Positions 25,729 through 39,736 of a DNA stretch of 59,109 bases are shown here, piece after piece. Source of the DNA: Chromera velia. Lineage: Eukaryota. The notes beneath the pieces were generated by a model, which saw only the letters and a list, made by a program, of their open reading frames with translations, was not told the DNA's origin and searched no databases. The translations under genes were made by a program, and so were the position numbers. Where the stretch lies: positions 1 through 59,109 of the forward strand of contig JAHBMJ010000032.1 in assembly GCA_018398765.1 (NCBI GenBank), written 5' to 3'. Position 1 is the first letter of the stretch, and each line of letters begins with the position of its first letter.

Positions 25729-27256
25729 CAAAAGAAGATGGGTGGATTGAGGAGGGGAAAAGAAACAGCGAGGGGGTTGGATGCATGAGACGAATTGAAG
25801 GCGTACGAAAGGGTCACTAACGGTGCCGTCGTGCGCTTTCAGCAAGCAGACGTCCAGCGTTTGTGTATGAAGCAAAGCGAGAGAATGAGAGAGGGAAAAA
25901 AGAAGAGACGAGTGTGAACATACCAACGAAACCCTCGCACTGAAGACACAGAGAAGATAGAGCCCCAACGAAAAAGGTTGTCTTTGATGTCCCCTTCCAC
26001 GCACAGGAGGACTGCTACAGAGAGACCACTCGAAAGGTTCAAATATTGAAAGAGACTTCCTGAACGGTCGAGGAAAGAAATCGAGAAGCATGGAGCCAGA
26101 AAAGAAAAGAAAGAAACAGGAAATGAAAAAACGAGGGAGGGAGGGAGGGAGGGAGGGAGGGAGGGAGGGCGAGGAGACCCGAGGGAGCCTGCAGGAGAAG
26201 AGAAGTGCATTGATCGAGAGGAAACATTTATCTCTTTTCTGTTTCTCTCCCTCTTTCCCTTCTTTTTCTTATGTATTTTTTAAACGGTGTTTCCATGTCT
26301 CGTCTCTCGTCTTCTCTGCGCAAGATTGATCATTCTTCCGCTGCATGTTTCTGAAGTGCAAAGTAAAGTCGCATGCCCTATGCCGTTTTGCCCGGGCCGC
26401 TGCCTCTCTGTGTGTGTCGTTGGAAGGCGCTCAGGTCTGAAGTGGCGTTCTGTCCTGACGCCGTCGTTGCTTGTTCGTGTGCTCCACATGCTGTGTGTGC
26501 TGCTGCTCTGCTGGAGCCGCTAGCCCCAGAGAGAGAATGTTGCAGCTCAGGTGTCTATCAATTGAACAGACTGGACAAAAAGTAAAGACGCGAGGGTGAA
26601 ACAAACAGACCTCAGAAATTAAGAAAGACATTCCTCGAAACATTCAAGTCACGAGAAACTCGAAGGGATGTGCTGAAAATGTAAGGGGTTCTGTGGGATT
26701 CTGCTTGAAATGCCAGCACCCTGCAGAAGAAGTGACGACTTTGAGTCCGACAGTCTGTCTCTCTGCCCCCAAAAGTTCCATTCATTCCTTGTGATCCCTC
26801 AAGTATTTTCGATCGCGTTTTCCAGTTTTGTCCTTCTTGGTAGCTTGATGTACTTTGGGTTCTATCCTACAAGTGGAACGAGCCGAAAGGTGCGTTTCAC
26901 TCAAGCAGCCGGTTCTGCATGAGCCGAAAAAGCGGTCGATGCCCGACTTTTGCAGACTCCATTACAGACTGTCAGTCACAAGGTAGCCAGTGTCTGTCTC
27001 GTTAAAAGTCCGATAGTGGACCGCTAGGTGGACCAATACGCATTATGTTGTAGAGGGACCATATACTTCTAATCCTACAGGGACCTAGATAGCGACCGTG
27101 AGCAACGCAAACTGGTTTGTTTTTTCTTCTAGTTTTTCCTGTTATTATCCACATTCAATTTTAGACCTAGTTTTAGATTCAGTTTTGTATGCCATTTTGA
27201 TTGATTTTAATTAGTATTCGGCGAGTATATCTAGGAGTATAGAGATAACTGATAAA

Positions 27257-27315
27257 GTGACTTAACCCGCCAGCCTTCGTGTCCCAATAGTAAATGGCAG
27301 TCTGTGAGCATTCAT
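27257..27315 (+). mobile_element. Dispersed repeat or transposon terminus (GTGAC-TTAA-CCCGCCAGCC...), inverted copy at 56281-56337
   Basis: ~60-bp match in opposite orientation; TTAA followed by CCC. Confidence 0.5.
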
Positions 27316-28703
27316 ATCATATTGCAAGCTAGGAGCACGCTAACGATTGCTCACCTAAAGCGGCCGAACTTTAGGACTACTAGCTAGCAAAACACTGCGC
27401 CCCAGGATTGATCAGTCCGGTCCTAGGCATACAGCAATGAGGGCACTGGCCTTTCGGGCGTCCCTCTGAAGAAGAAGCGAGAAGTACCGCCTTACACGCT
27501 CCTCGGCCTGCCCCATCCCCCTACCCTCTCGGGCTTCCTGTCTCTCTCCATACTCACACACTTCTTCTATTGACATACGCTCCAAACGCCTATACTAGAG
27601 ATCACTCAATCTCCCTCGCGGCACCTCCGTTCGGACACAAGTTGTCAGACAGTGAATCGGGTCGTCAATCAATTTCTCCCAACTTTTCTCTTCACAGGCT
27701 TTGCAAATTGATTCAACCCTCCCCCCATGGTTTGCCTCCCCTTTAACAATGGTGCACAACAAAGGGCGGAAAACTGCTCTGGGGGAAAATAAGAACTGCT
27801 TGGCGAGAGGTTCCACCGAGGGAGACCTTGAGCCCCCCCTCCCCTCTGCCAAGCTTCCCAAGACCAGTTTTGCCAAACGTTGGCTGCTACGATTTTCCTT
27901 CTGATAGTCAGTCAAGCAAGTAGACGGAGGAAAAGACACGCTCCTATGTATCAATAATAATTCCATCGATCGATAATTTTTACTGATCATTCAGTTTGAT
28001 CTCTAGTTTGATCCACTGCAGTCTCGAAGTAAATTCTACTGAAATCTTTTGAATTTCATTATTAATATAAAATTTCAAAAATAAATTCCATTAATTTCTG
28101 AAAGACTTTAATGTGCTTTTGTATATAGTCAGTATACGTTAAGTTTTTCATAATTGGGAAATTGAGTCTGAAGAGTCAGCCAGATCGAGTATTAGTGAAA
28201 ACTTAATTTAAAAGTCTTAGGGAAAGTCCCAAACTATTATTCAAATTTTTCCTATTTATCTCTAAAACTGACTCTAAATTTATTTTAAATACAACTTGAA
28301 TAGGAAAGGGGCGGTAAGGCTGATACAATCATATTACAATGAATGAATTGAAACGGTTAAAACCAGTGAGCCTATTAATTTTTTTTTTCATAATTTTAAA
28401 GAGTGAATTCGGTTGCACTACGTTCAAGTTTAAGTCGACTCATCAAATATAGGGATCTATATACATATTGAATTCACAAAAGCTCTAGCAAAAACTTGAC
28501 ATATAACCCGGATAATAACCAAGACAGAGGATTGATTTAAACCTGCAATGCTGTCTCAATCCTTCTGTTAGTTTTTCTAAGTAACTATGAGTCGTTTTTC
28601 AAGTCAAGAGACAGCTGGCGCTGTCCTCTCACGACCGCTTTGATGCACTGGGGGTAGGCGCCTGCCTACCGCAGTTATAGCAACAGACGCTTGGTTTGGC
28701 TTC

Positions 28704-30350
28704 TCATGAGCCAGGAGGGGTGGGTTTTGGAAGGAAGGGGAGGTCGAAGGGCAGTTCGACCTCTCCTGCCTGCCACTTCTGGAAGTACTCATACAAGAAG
28801 GACTTCTTTGCCACAGAGAACTGGGCCCGTGCCTCTGGGTTGAAGATGATCTCGTCGAGGTCGTTGGTGGAGTCGCTGAGCTGTCTGTACAGTCCTGCCT
28901 CGTTCCACTGCCTCAAGTACTCTCTCGTCTGGTCCCTGTCCAGCACGACCTGAATGCCCGTAGCGATAATCGTCAGCGCAGTCATCAGAAAGATCACCCG
29001 ACGACCCCGACGTGCTGCCTGCATGAAGGAAGACACACAGAAACCAAAGAAATGGTAGTTATTGATCAAGAGGCAGCATGCATGCATAGAGACGAATCCA
29101 CAAAAGGTCAACGTCAGGCAGGATTCAACCGTTCACTCGTAATTTTTTTCAGCCAGTCAGTACGTCAAGCACTCACTCCGGTCAAGAAAGTACGGAGAGC
29201 CTCAGAGAAAAGGAAGGAAAGAGAAGATGGAGAGAGCCAGCAAGAAGGGAGAAAAACAAAAATGAACCAAACAAGAAAAAGAACATTGCGCACGAGAAGA
29301 AACGAAAGAAAGACATACAGACCAATAGACACACAGACAGACTGTATGCCTTCTCTTTCGTTTCTTCGAAAGCTCTCCTTTTTCTCTACAGATGAACAGG
29401 GCGGCAGACAGGAAGACAAACAGATGCATATTGTTTTATCGAACAAGGCGAAAGACATGTACAGAGGAAACTCCGTTCTCTCTCCTTTTTTTTTCTCTCT
29501 CTCTTCCTTCCTACCAGACACAAGACAGACACAGAGAGAGACACAAAGATAGACGGGAGAGACTGACGGACTGAACACATGTTTTCCCTTGTTGTTTTCA
29601 GACAGGGAGAGACAGAGACAGACTATATGTTCTCTGTTTTCCTTTTCTTTCCTTGCTTTTGAGATAGACAGATAGAAAAAAGGGGGAAAAGAAAGAACAA
29701 ACGAACAAAGAAAAAAAGAAAAAAGAAAATCCGACGCACACACCCACACAGAAACATGCAAAAACGCACGCGCGCACACGCACACGCACACGCACACGCA
29801 CACNGAGAGAGAGAGAAAGGAGAGAGAGAGAAAGGAGAGAGAGAAAGGAGAGAGAGAGAAGTGTACAGCATCAACACAGAGACGCCCCGAGTTGCTTATG
29901 GACAGGTGATGGCCCCTTCCATTTGCATGGGTCTGTACCAAAGGCAACGGAACACGTGTCTGAACATCCCGTTCTTGAGCAGACAGACAGAGAGACAGGC
30001 AGGTAGACGGAGAGGCGGACAGACTGACTCTTTGAGGACTGACGAAACCACACAGACGATGAAGGGGGGACGCCCTTCTGCTTACAGAGCGCAATGACGC
30101 TTCTGTACCACAAAAGGAATCAGAAGACTGCACGCAATGGGAAATCGCATTTATTCCGAGGAGGGGCTTTTCTTTTCGTAGGAGACGCCAGCAAAATGAG
30201 AGCAGCAACGGGGACAGAAAGTGAGCAGGGCGCAGGGAAAGCAGATGGAGAAATGCACATCAAGAAGGCAGTGACTGACCGAGCCGGAGGCAAAGACGAG
30301 GACGAGGATGTTGCAGACCAGAGTCCGCAAGCTGATTCGACACATCATGA
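28704..30350 (-). CDS. Hypothetical multi-exon protein (last exon ~29017-28704), divergent from the aminotransferase
   Basis: Coding-like last exon AARRGRRVIFLMTALTIIATGIQVVLDRDQTREYLRQWNEAG... after a TGCAG acceptor, a short internal exon near 29938-29973, and a hydrophobic ATG-started segment near 30345. Model incomplete. Confidence 0.45.
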
Positions 30351-31138
30351 CTGTCGGTCTGGTTTGATAGCGTCTCTTTCTCACCGTCAATCTCTACCCG
30401 TCTCTGTGAGGTATTTCGCTTTTGCGGAAACCAGCCCTTCGAAAAAATTACCGCATATAAAGCCCTGCACTATTTACTACAAGGCAGAAGGGCTGAAGCG
30501 CGTAATCTCCACCCTTGGGATGTCTGCTTCTTGTGCTTCACCTAAGAGCGAGACACAGTGACACACGAACTGCTCAGACGTCTCTGCGGCCCCGCCACTT
30601 GTTTACGATTACAAAGGTCAACAGTCGAGAAATTCCGGAGTGCAGGATGGGTGAAGGTCTCTATCTGTGTGTCTGTCTTCCGAAGTACTTCCCTGGAGGG
30701 TCTGGGGCTCTAGCTGAGCTGCGAATGGCTTCTCCATAATAGTCTCCATTCAAGGGCAAAAACAAAGTTCAGACTGCCCGTTGGCGTTGCGCGGGCCGGT
30801 GCAACACTCAAGATGGCCGCGCGGTCCCCGCGCCCCGAAAAAAAAAAAAATCAGCACGCAAAGAGACGCTCAATTTCAGTCGTTCACTTTGAATGAGCCT
30901 TTCAATCAGACAGTAGATTCGGACTTTGACTTCAACTCGATCACCCCAGAAGAAGCGCACCAAAGCCACCTGACGAGAGTGGAAGCCGGGACGCGGGTCT
31001 TTTTCGTTTGTTTACCGTGAAGTTGGTGAATTCAATTCTTTGCATTTAGGTTAACCTTCGATCCTCCACAAGTCGACTGACTGCACCTTTGGAGACTGGA
31101 AAGTCCACTGATCCCCTTCCTTCCTTCCTTTGGCTTCA

Positions 31139-32234
31139 ATGGGGAACGCCACCAGTTCCTTCGATGAGGGGTCGAATCCCAACCCAAAGTATGTCCCTGA
31201 GGGCGTGTGGTTGAGCGACAGTGCGTCCAGGACAGCCCCCTCCGCAACTCTGGCCATCAATGAATTGTCAAAGCAGCTACAAGCGGAGGGGAAGGAGATT
31301 TACCGCATGGGACTCGGCCAGAGCCCCTTCCCCGTTCCGCCCCCCCTCGTAAAGGCCCTTGCAGAGTGTGCAGCCCAGAAAGACTATCTACCAGTTCAAG
31401 GTCTTCTGGCTTTGAGGGAAGCCATTGCCGCCTGGTTGTCTGCACCTCCCAGTCTGACAGGCTCTCCCGTCTCCGGGGCAAAGTTCGAAGTTGACAACAT
31501 CATCGTAGGCCCGGGCACGAAGGAGCTGATGTTCACTCTCCAGTTCTGTCTGGATGCAGAGCTTCTGCTGCCGTCTCCTAGCTGGGTCTCGTACGCTCCT
31601 CAGGCGAACCTTCTGGGTAGGAAGGTGCGGTGGCTGGAGACGAAAAAGGAGAATGGGTGGAAGCTGGACCCTCTTTCTCTGCAGACTTTCTTGAAGTCCC
31701 CGAGCCAGTCTCGATGGAAGACAAAGCTGCTGGTCCTGAACTTCCCCTGCAACCCCACAGGCAGCGCCTTCAGTGCAGAGGAACTGAAGCAGCTCGCCGA
31801 AGTGCTCAAAGACTTCCCAGAGGTCAGTGCGGGCAGTCAGAAGAAGACAGGTGCGTGGAGGAGGCAGGAGACGGGGGGTAAGAACAGGGCACGGACAGAA
31901 AAGAAGAGCAAATAGAGGGGAGTCTTGTGAAGCGGGGAGGGACTGGGGAATATGTGGGGTGCTCTCCTCGTACGCGATGGAGCGGACTAAACTCTCTCTG
32001 TGTCTCTCCAAGAGAAAAGGAAATATGCTGCGTGTCCATCTGACATTTTTTGTTTCCCTGTGTGTCCTGACTCATCTTTGCAGGTTGTTGTGCTTTCTGA
32101 TGAGATCTATTCGTTGACGAACTTCACTAAGGAAGGGCACACAAGCATTGCACAGTACCTGCCTGACAGAACGTGCATCTCGAACGGCCTCTCGAAGTGG
32201 GCAGGGGCAGGTGAGTGTTTTGTGGCATGAACTG

Positions 32235-32265
<31 letters not shown>

Positions 32266-32306
32266 TCGATGGATAGAGACTGCGAGATAGAGAGACGGGC
32301 GCAGAG

Positions 32307-32346
<40 letters not shown>

Positions 32347-33922
32347 GCAGCGAAAAGACAGGTGTGCAGGTCGCGGTGAAGGTCTCGACCTCTGGATGCT
32401 TCAGTTGGCTGCCTGGATTGGAACTGAAACTTTTGGCACACCGCTTGCCTGCCTTTCCTCGGCCGTCTGCCTTCCTTCAGAAGACCCAGGATGAAATTTA
32501 AATCTACTCTGCATGCATGCAATGAACAAGCTGACCGATTCTTTCACTTCTGTCTTCCCCTCTCTTGACTGTTTCCTTCCTTCGTCCTTGCTCCTTGCCT
32601 CTCTTCTCCTTTTTTTTTCTCGTCCCTTCCTTCTCCGAAACCAACTCTCCAGCCCCCCTCCGGAAGTCGAACAACTGTCGTGATCTTCCTCTTTTCTGTT
32701 CTCAACTGCTTTCCTGTCCTCTCTGGTTTCGCGTCCCTGCAGGTGGATGGCGACTCGGTTTTCTGGCTCTTCCCTCTGCCCTGGTGAAGGTCAGGAAGGC
32801 CATCTGCGGGGTCGCGTCTGAGACCTTCTCCTGCGTTGCTGCCCCCATCCAGCATGCATCCATTGTGGCGTTCGACAGTCAGAACAGCGGGATGATTTCC
32901 TTTTTGAAGACTCAGAGGAAGGTCAACGCGAGGATCGTGAGGGCGGCAGCAGAAGCTTTGAAGGCAGGGGGAGTGCCTGTGCTGGAGCCTTCAGGAGGGT
33001 TTTACTTGTGGGCAGATCTGTCTGGAGTCGGGTCTGTGCGGAGAAGATTCAAAGAAGGAGTCAAAATGTCAGAGGCCCTCTTGAGACAGCATGGTGGGTT
33101 CTTTCTTCTTTTTTTTTTCTGATTGCTTCAGTCGACGTTGCGGTCCTGCACTTGCGTCACCGCTTCTTTCCTCTTTAGCGTGCGCGTCTCTTGAGAGAGA
33201 TTTCTCCCCTTCCTTTCAACCTGTTTTGTGTGCCTGCGAGTGCCCTGTTCCGTTCAATCAATTGGTCTCGAGCTAAATTTTGCACCAGAAATTCAAAACA
33301 CCCCTTGGTAATTTTTGACTGAGTGCCCTGCCTCGTTGAAGTATCCGTCTCTCTTCGTGTGTCGGTGGGTGGTCTTTGAATGCCTCGATCGATCTGTCTT
33401 TCAAATGCTCTCTCTTGCTGTGCTGTGCTGTGCAGGGGTCGCGCTGTTGGCAGGCAGCCACTTCGGTCGTCCAAAAGAGGAGCTCACTGTCCGCATCGCA
33501 GCTGTGGACTTTGACGGTGCTGCGGCCATGGCGGCGGCTGCAGCGGAGCAGTCGGAGGGAGAGGCGGGGGAAAGCAAAGAAAGGGACGAGGTGTTCTGCA
33601 GGTACGTGAGCAAGGAGGTGGTGTTCGCATGCGGGGATATGTCTGCGCGTACGTGTGTGACGGGAGAGAAAACAGGGCCACTTGTTTCTTTTGTTTCAGA
33701 TTTTCCTGTACTGTTTTCTGCGCTCTGCATTCGAATTGGGAGGGAAGAACATGCCTGCATGCCGTTTTGCTTCCTGCCTATCTTCTTGAGTGCACCTGTG
33801 TAACCGTCCAGGTTCTCTACTTGAGCACGTGAGATGTGTGAGAACTACGAAAACGCTTCTCTCTCTCTTTTCCTCCCTCTCTCACTCTCTCTCCCTCCCT
33901 CCCTCCTTCCCTCTCTCTTTCG

Positions 33923-33961
<39 letters not shown>

Positions 33962-34093
33962 CCCTTCCCTCCCTCTCTCCCTCTTTCTCTCTCTCTTTGT
34001 CTCTTTGTCTCTTTGTCTCTTTGTCTCTCTCTCTCTCTCTCTCTCCCCTACCTACCTACACACACACACACATACACACACTTTCTTCCTGCC

Positions 34094-34171
<78 letters not shown>

Positions 34172-34193
34172 TGTGCGTGTGTGTGTCTGTGTC

Positions 34194-34225
<32 letters not shown>

Positions 34226-34312
34226 CATGTATTTGCGTGCAGAGAGTATGCACCAAGAGTCATGAAGGCGATTGAGCTCCTGATCGGTTTCTGTAAAGGA
34301 GAGGGGCACTAA
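31139..34312 (+). CDS. PLP-dependent class I/II aminotransferase, aspartate aminotransferase-like (exons 31139-31822, 32084-32210, 32743-33093, 33436-33601, 34243-34312)
   Basis: PSATLAIN, MGLGQSPF, YLPVQGLLALREAIA, GPGTKE, PSWVSY, NFPCNPTG, LSDEIY, SNGLSKWAGAGGWRLG (PLP lysine), PSGGFY, GSHFG; frame-consistent GT-AG introns. Confidence 0.93.
33857..34225. repeat. Intronic (CT)n/(CA)n/(GT)n microsatellite block
   Basis: Direct reading. Confidence 0.9.
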
Positions 34313-35420
34313 GGGAAAGGAGGTCTGGCTTTGTTGTCAATACTACAGCTATTGTAGTCTGTTCTACTATTTTTCTGCTCCAGTTTTCAGGATATTTCAG
34401 GAACAGCTTTCAGCACTGGCAAGTGACGCAGGAAAGAGCTGCAGCCGTATAAACTGAATTCATCTTAGAAGTGAAATTGTTTAGAATCGTTAGATTTGTC
34501 CAGGATTTACTATTTAGATGTTAGTTCAGATACATTCTTAACAATGTAGTATACCATGTAGTATGACACTGAAGTAGAAGATGCAATTCGTAGATGCGTA
34601 GACCGCCCCTATGATGATATGATATTAGGCTCCATACAATAAAGCAGCAGCTATTAGCAGCAGCACGAGAATTTAAAAGTAGTCACTAAATGAATTCAGA
34701 GCTGTCAGTCATAGTCAGTATAAAATGTACTTCCAAGAAATCGATTATACTTAAGTGAAGCGAAGTGATAAGTAATTTATTGGTGCCCATGAGCATTGTC
34801 GCCGTTTTGTCTTGTAGAGGTCGCCGCCGCAAATGTTTGAGTTATAAAGCTGAGTACGATGAATTAATTTCAATTAAATGCTTTACAAACAATTAGTCTT
34901 AAAAATAAGTGCCTTAACCACGCTGTATACTCTTGCAGACTTACTTCCGCGCGCGCAAGGCGCGCGAACTGACTTGTATTAATAAAAGAAATGCATATAA
35001 TCGCGATATATATAGATCGATATAGAATTCATATCGTTCTTATGATATATAGAGCATGCAGATCGACTACAGCAATCTACAGCACAAATATGGATGTACG
35101 TATTGATATTGAAATATGTATTTACATGCAGATTGAATGAAAGAACGTCTGTACATGGCAGCACGAGCGTGCATGACTCAGTCATGCATCGATCTTCATT
35201 CATTCGATCGCCAACCGATCGATCGGACGACGGAATCCATCTATTGATATAGTGGATGGCCCACGATCGAAACATCTGTTCCTGTGCCATCGAAACTTGA
35301 GCCTTGCTCGTTGTGGTGACCACCCTCGAGCGCTAGTCGATAGTTTGCGGTTGAAAGCCCACGCAATCTGGCTTTCATTCAGACGCTGTCAGCTGACTGG
35401 TCCTTCTTCTGAAAACAATC

Positions 35421-36759
35421 ATGATGAAGGCCTTCCTGCTAGCAGCTCTTGCTCGGCTAGTGGCAGTGTCTGGTTCCTGCTCTTCGGAGCCGCCAATGAC
35501 ACTTGTTGTGGGAAAGGAAACGAATGTTCTTCAAATCGTGTCGGGAGTGACTTTCGCTGGTAAGTTACGAGATGACGACTCCCTGTTTAGCCTCTGTTGG
35601 ACCAAGTTGTGGTCGATATTGACTTGAGACCACGGAATTCCTCTGCAGGTGAAGAGATGTGCCTCCAAGTTGAAGGTGGAAACGTTGCTTCGGGAACCCC
35701 TGTGGAGTTGGAACCTTGCAATGATGCAATTGCGAGTGGCGATGGACGAGAGCTGTTTAAGTTCAACACCCACAGCCAGATTGTCGCTCAGGCAGGCAAT
35801 GGCACCTTGTGCGTCGCGGCCAAGGAGTTGGCGTCGGGAGGCTACGACATTCTTCTGCAGCCTTGCGCCAGTGCACTTGAGACCAAAGGTGAATGGACAC
35901 GATGCGTCCCACAGCTTCAATTCGGCCGCGTACTTCCTTGAGTGCTTTGTCAGAAATTCTTCTCAGGAATGTTTTCGGATTTCGAGATCAACTACGATGC
36001 TCAGCTGAAAGTGAATCCGACAGGAGGCGACTTTTGCATCGCTGCCATCGGTGACAAAGCAGGTCTTTCACTTTCGGCCCGGAGTTCCCACTCGGTTTTT
36101 CAAATATCCCCTGAGCAACTCTTCACTGGTACCACAGAACTGCTCAACGTCCTCTGGGCTCAAAAGGCGAATCGTTGATGTCCCTTGCTTCCACCTCTCC
36201 TGCAGGGCCTAGAAATGTCACTCTCAAAAAGACTGCCATCGTGAGCAAGGAAATCTCTTCCCTGGCCCTAGGCTCGGATCCCGATGTCATGGTGAGCTTC
36301 TGCGTGCCCTACGCAGTCAGAATTTCAAGGCCGAAAGGGTCTTTAACTTGTCTTGTGCTGCGAACCTTTCTGCCTGTAACACTACAGCTCGACGGGTCCA
36401 GCTTGACAAAATGGAGTTCGAAGGAGTTTGAAGAAGGCGAAACCCTGGAGGGCTCGATCACGGTCGATCTTGGAATCCCCCTTGACGTCAGTGAGCGCCC
36501 CAATCCCCTGTGTTTGGCATTCGGTACCACTTTCCTGAATCGCCGCTCTAAGATTCCGCCTTCAATGCTCTCGCAGCTGTCCTCCCTCGAGATCATTGAC
36601 ATGGGCGACGTTGATGCTGTGACCCTCATCTACGACTCTGACAGGCCAGATCCCTTCTATTGCGAGCAGATTACGATCCGGGCCGGCAGGTCGCGCGACA
36701 AAAGCCGTATACGTGTCGGTGCCGGGTTCTATTTTGAAAGAGCGGTCAGCAGCAGTTAA
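35421..36759 (+). CDS. Secreted ricin-B lectin + discoidin-like protein, CCp/LAP-like; many short introns, apparently 3'-truncated
   Basis: Signal peptide MMKAFLLAALARLVAVSG; EEMCLQVEGG...VELEPCNDAIASGDGRELF resembles apicomplexan CCp ricin domains; DGSSLTKWSS...ITVDLG is discoidin-like. Confidence 0.65.
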
Positions 36760-37378
36760 TCCGGCTTGTGATGCATCAAAAGCATCTTTTGACTGATTTT
36801 CTGTATGGATTGGAGCAGGAAGGAAATACTCTAAAGGAGGATACCTGGAGCTCATCAAGGAAGACACGGAATCGTTTTGCCCACACTTACTTCGGCAACA
36901 CAGATCCCCAGGATTCTTTCTACGGTCACCCCGACATCAGCCACACAGATTCGGGACAGCTCTCCCCTTCTCAAAGTCCTTTCCATTCTGCACCTCTACC
37001 CAGTCAGGTGCCCCCCGTAGCCCCTCCCTTTGGTCCGCCGTATTCTGTCGGCGACTCCCCGCTTGCCGGCATGCAGATCGCCCCCTTTCTATCCGATCAG
37101 TTGCCTGCTCAATTTGATGGAAGCTTTCCGGCAACATTCCCATGGGCCTCAGCACAGGAATCCCTAGACTCGTCAGCCTCCTCCCAACCCTCTTTGCCGC
37201 TCCCGGGACCTGAAGCGAGTCTTCCTTAAGAACCACACTAGCCATCCCAGATTGCGTATCATCCCACTGGTGTGTGTCCCCCTTCATTTGCCGCTCATCC
37301 TCCTTCCGTGGGTGCTCCTCCACTTCCCGTCGCAACCGCCGCCTCCCATGCAGGTGAGAGTTCAAAAAAGGTCATACA

Positions 37379-37411
<33 letters not shown>

Positions 37412-39736
37412 ATTGTCAAACATTTTTCCTCCGTCAACCTCTGAATTGTTTTCCTGCTGTCTCTTTTTTTCTTCTCCAACCCCCTTTCCACAGTTTCCGC
37501 GGCACCTCCTCCAGAAGAGAGTCTGACAAAGTGGCAGCGGTATGACCAAAAGCTAAAAAACCTGGTTCAAAGGGCCACAGAGCTCGAAATCAAAGAAATA
37601 AATGGAAAAGAGGTGTCTTACATAAATGTTCGAGGTGCAAACAAAAAGAACGGGAACCACGCCCACAAGAATTTTTCCAAGGAAGACAAAGAGGCGCTGC
37701 AAAAAAAGGTTCAACTTGTGGATCAGCGCATTGAATAAACAAGTAAGTGCGGATGAATGAATATGATGTAGTGATTCATGTTATATACCAATGAAAATAT
37801 GAATAATATTTTGACTGCAGGTTGGAGCTCCCGTTTTGCCTCAAGCTCTGAGTTCAAATTGAAAAATTCTTTTTGCAGTAGCTTTTCATAAAATTGAAAC
37901 TGTGTTTTTAACGTAACCAATACCGTCGATATTATACCGATGAATAGACCCTGCGAAGTGCAACGAATATAAACACATTCGTCCTAGCATTTGTAATGGT
38001 GATAGAAATATGGAGGGTTATGTTTATACAAGAAAACTATTTATAGACATTGTGATTTATTTATTCATAACATCTTCTTCCTTCGGCAAGGGCTACCTTT
38101 TATTAAAAAAGAAAGATCTTTATAAAGGAAGGACCGGACTTAGACTTGACCCATCTATACTCATCTACCCCTTTTCTGATCGAGCATCTTCTTCACCCAA
38201 AAGTACCTAAAAGCCCCTAAGCTTGTTTTTTCCCCCTCTAATTCACCTTTCTTTCTGTTTCTTCTTTCTTCAAATTCAAGTGCTTGCTACTTAACTTTAT
38301 TCACATAATTTTACAAAACGCTACATCAAATTTGTTTGAAAGAAAATTTTATAAAACGTTTCACCATGACATTGTGTGTCAGTCTTTAGATTTTGCTTTG
38401 GTAAAAACTTTAGAATACACTCGATCGCGCGCAAGGCAGTGTGACCGCTCCCCGTGGCGGGCGTGCACGAGAGTATTAATAAAAGGGCCAGCCGTGCGAC
38501 GCACCAATTCTGGTAGCATGCCTTGGCATTTCCTGTACCTATAGCTGTCTTCAAACCCCGGTGTGATAGTCTTGCAGTCTCCGTCAATCTTCAGTTCAGC
38601 CTGGGACGTTCTTGAACAAGAATGAGTCTAGAAGAATCATTGAAAAGGAGAAGATGAATGTGTAAAGTAAAAGACGGAATGATTTAGGTGTAGAGAAGAA
38701 GAAAAAATATAGGACAAATAGAAGATGGGGAATCTTTGAATCTTGGGATCTGTTTGTGCAAGGACAGCGCCTGATACACTATGTTGCTGCATTGAGTCTT
38801 TTTTCACCATCGTTCTCTTTTTATAGAAACTGACCATTCATTTCAGGAAGAGTGTATGAGGAAAAGTCTTAAACAAGTGCATTTCAGAAAAAAAAAGTAG
38901 GGGAGACGTATTATATATGTGGGCAGGTGATCTCCTTTATCTTTGCCCTTACTTTGTGTCCAATCTTGAAACGTTCTTGAATCTACAAGCCTTCGACTGG
39001 GTGCAAAGTACCACATAACACGTCCTTCCTGCTCATCTATTAAAGGGGCGTTCTGTTCTTGTTTTTCCTCTCTTCACAGAGAGACACAGAGATTTTTGTG
39101 CCTCTGTGAAGGATATTTCTGCTCCATTGTCTTACTTTCAATGATCTTGTATTGCTGGGTCTGCAGTTGTCACAATCTCTGTAACGAATAGAATTCTCCG
39201 TTTTCAAGACGGCATTCCACGGCCGTCTAATTACTAGGGCTGCATTCTTCATTGGTATTCATGCAGCTGAAAGTCGCCATCAAAACTGAAGGGAGTTTGT
39301 GGCGAATGATTGGTCAGTGCCCCTTCGACCATCTTTTTTCTCCTACGGGGCAGCACTCCTAGGTAGAACCCTAGTACCGTACATGTTTGTGCTGTAATTG
39401 AAGTTGATATAACATAGGTTCTAATAGGTTCTAACACTGTTTTTTGCTTTTCTAGACTCGTTAGTGTAAGGTTCTTTCAGATTCTTAAAGGTTCTTTAAA
39501 GAAGAATCAAGTCTACGTTGCATCAAAGTGGTGTCTCCATCATTTGGTTCTTACTCTCTAGAGAAACCGCTAGAACCTAGGTTCTAGGAACCTAGACAAA
39601 AACCTGTAAGAACCATGAAGAACCCCCCCCCTAAAGCTTCAAAAAGACTAAAGAGCTAATTTAGATGATTAAAATGATCCAAACAAACAAGACAGATGCT
39701 TACATATGCCAAAATTGACCGTCAAAATCATAAAAC

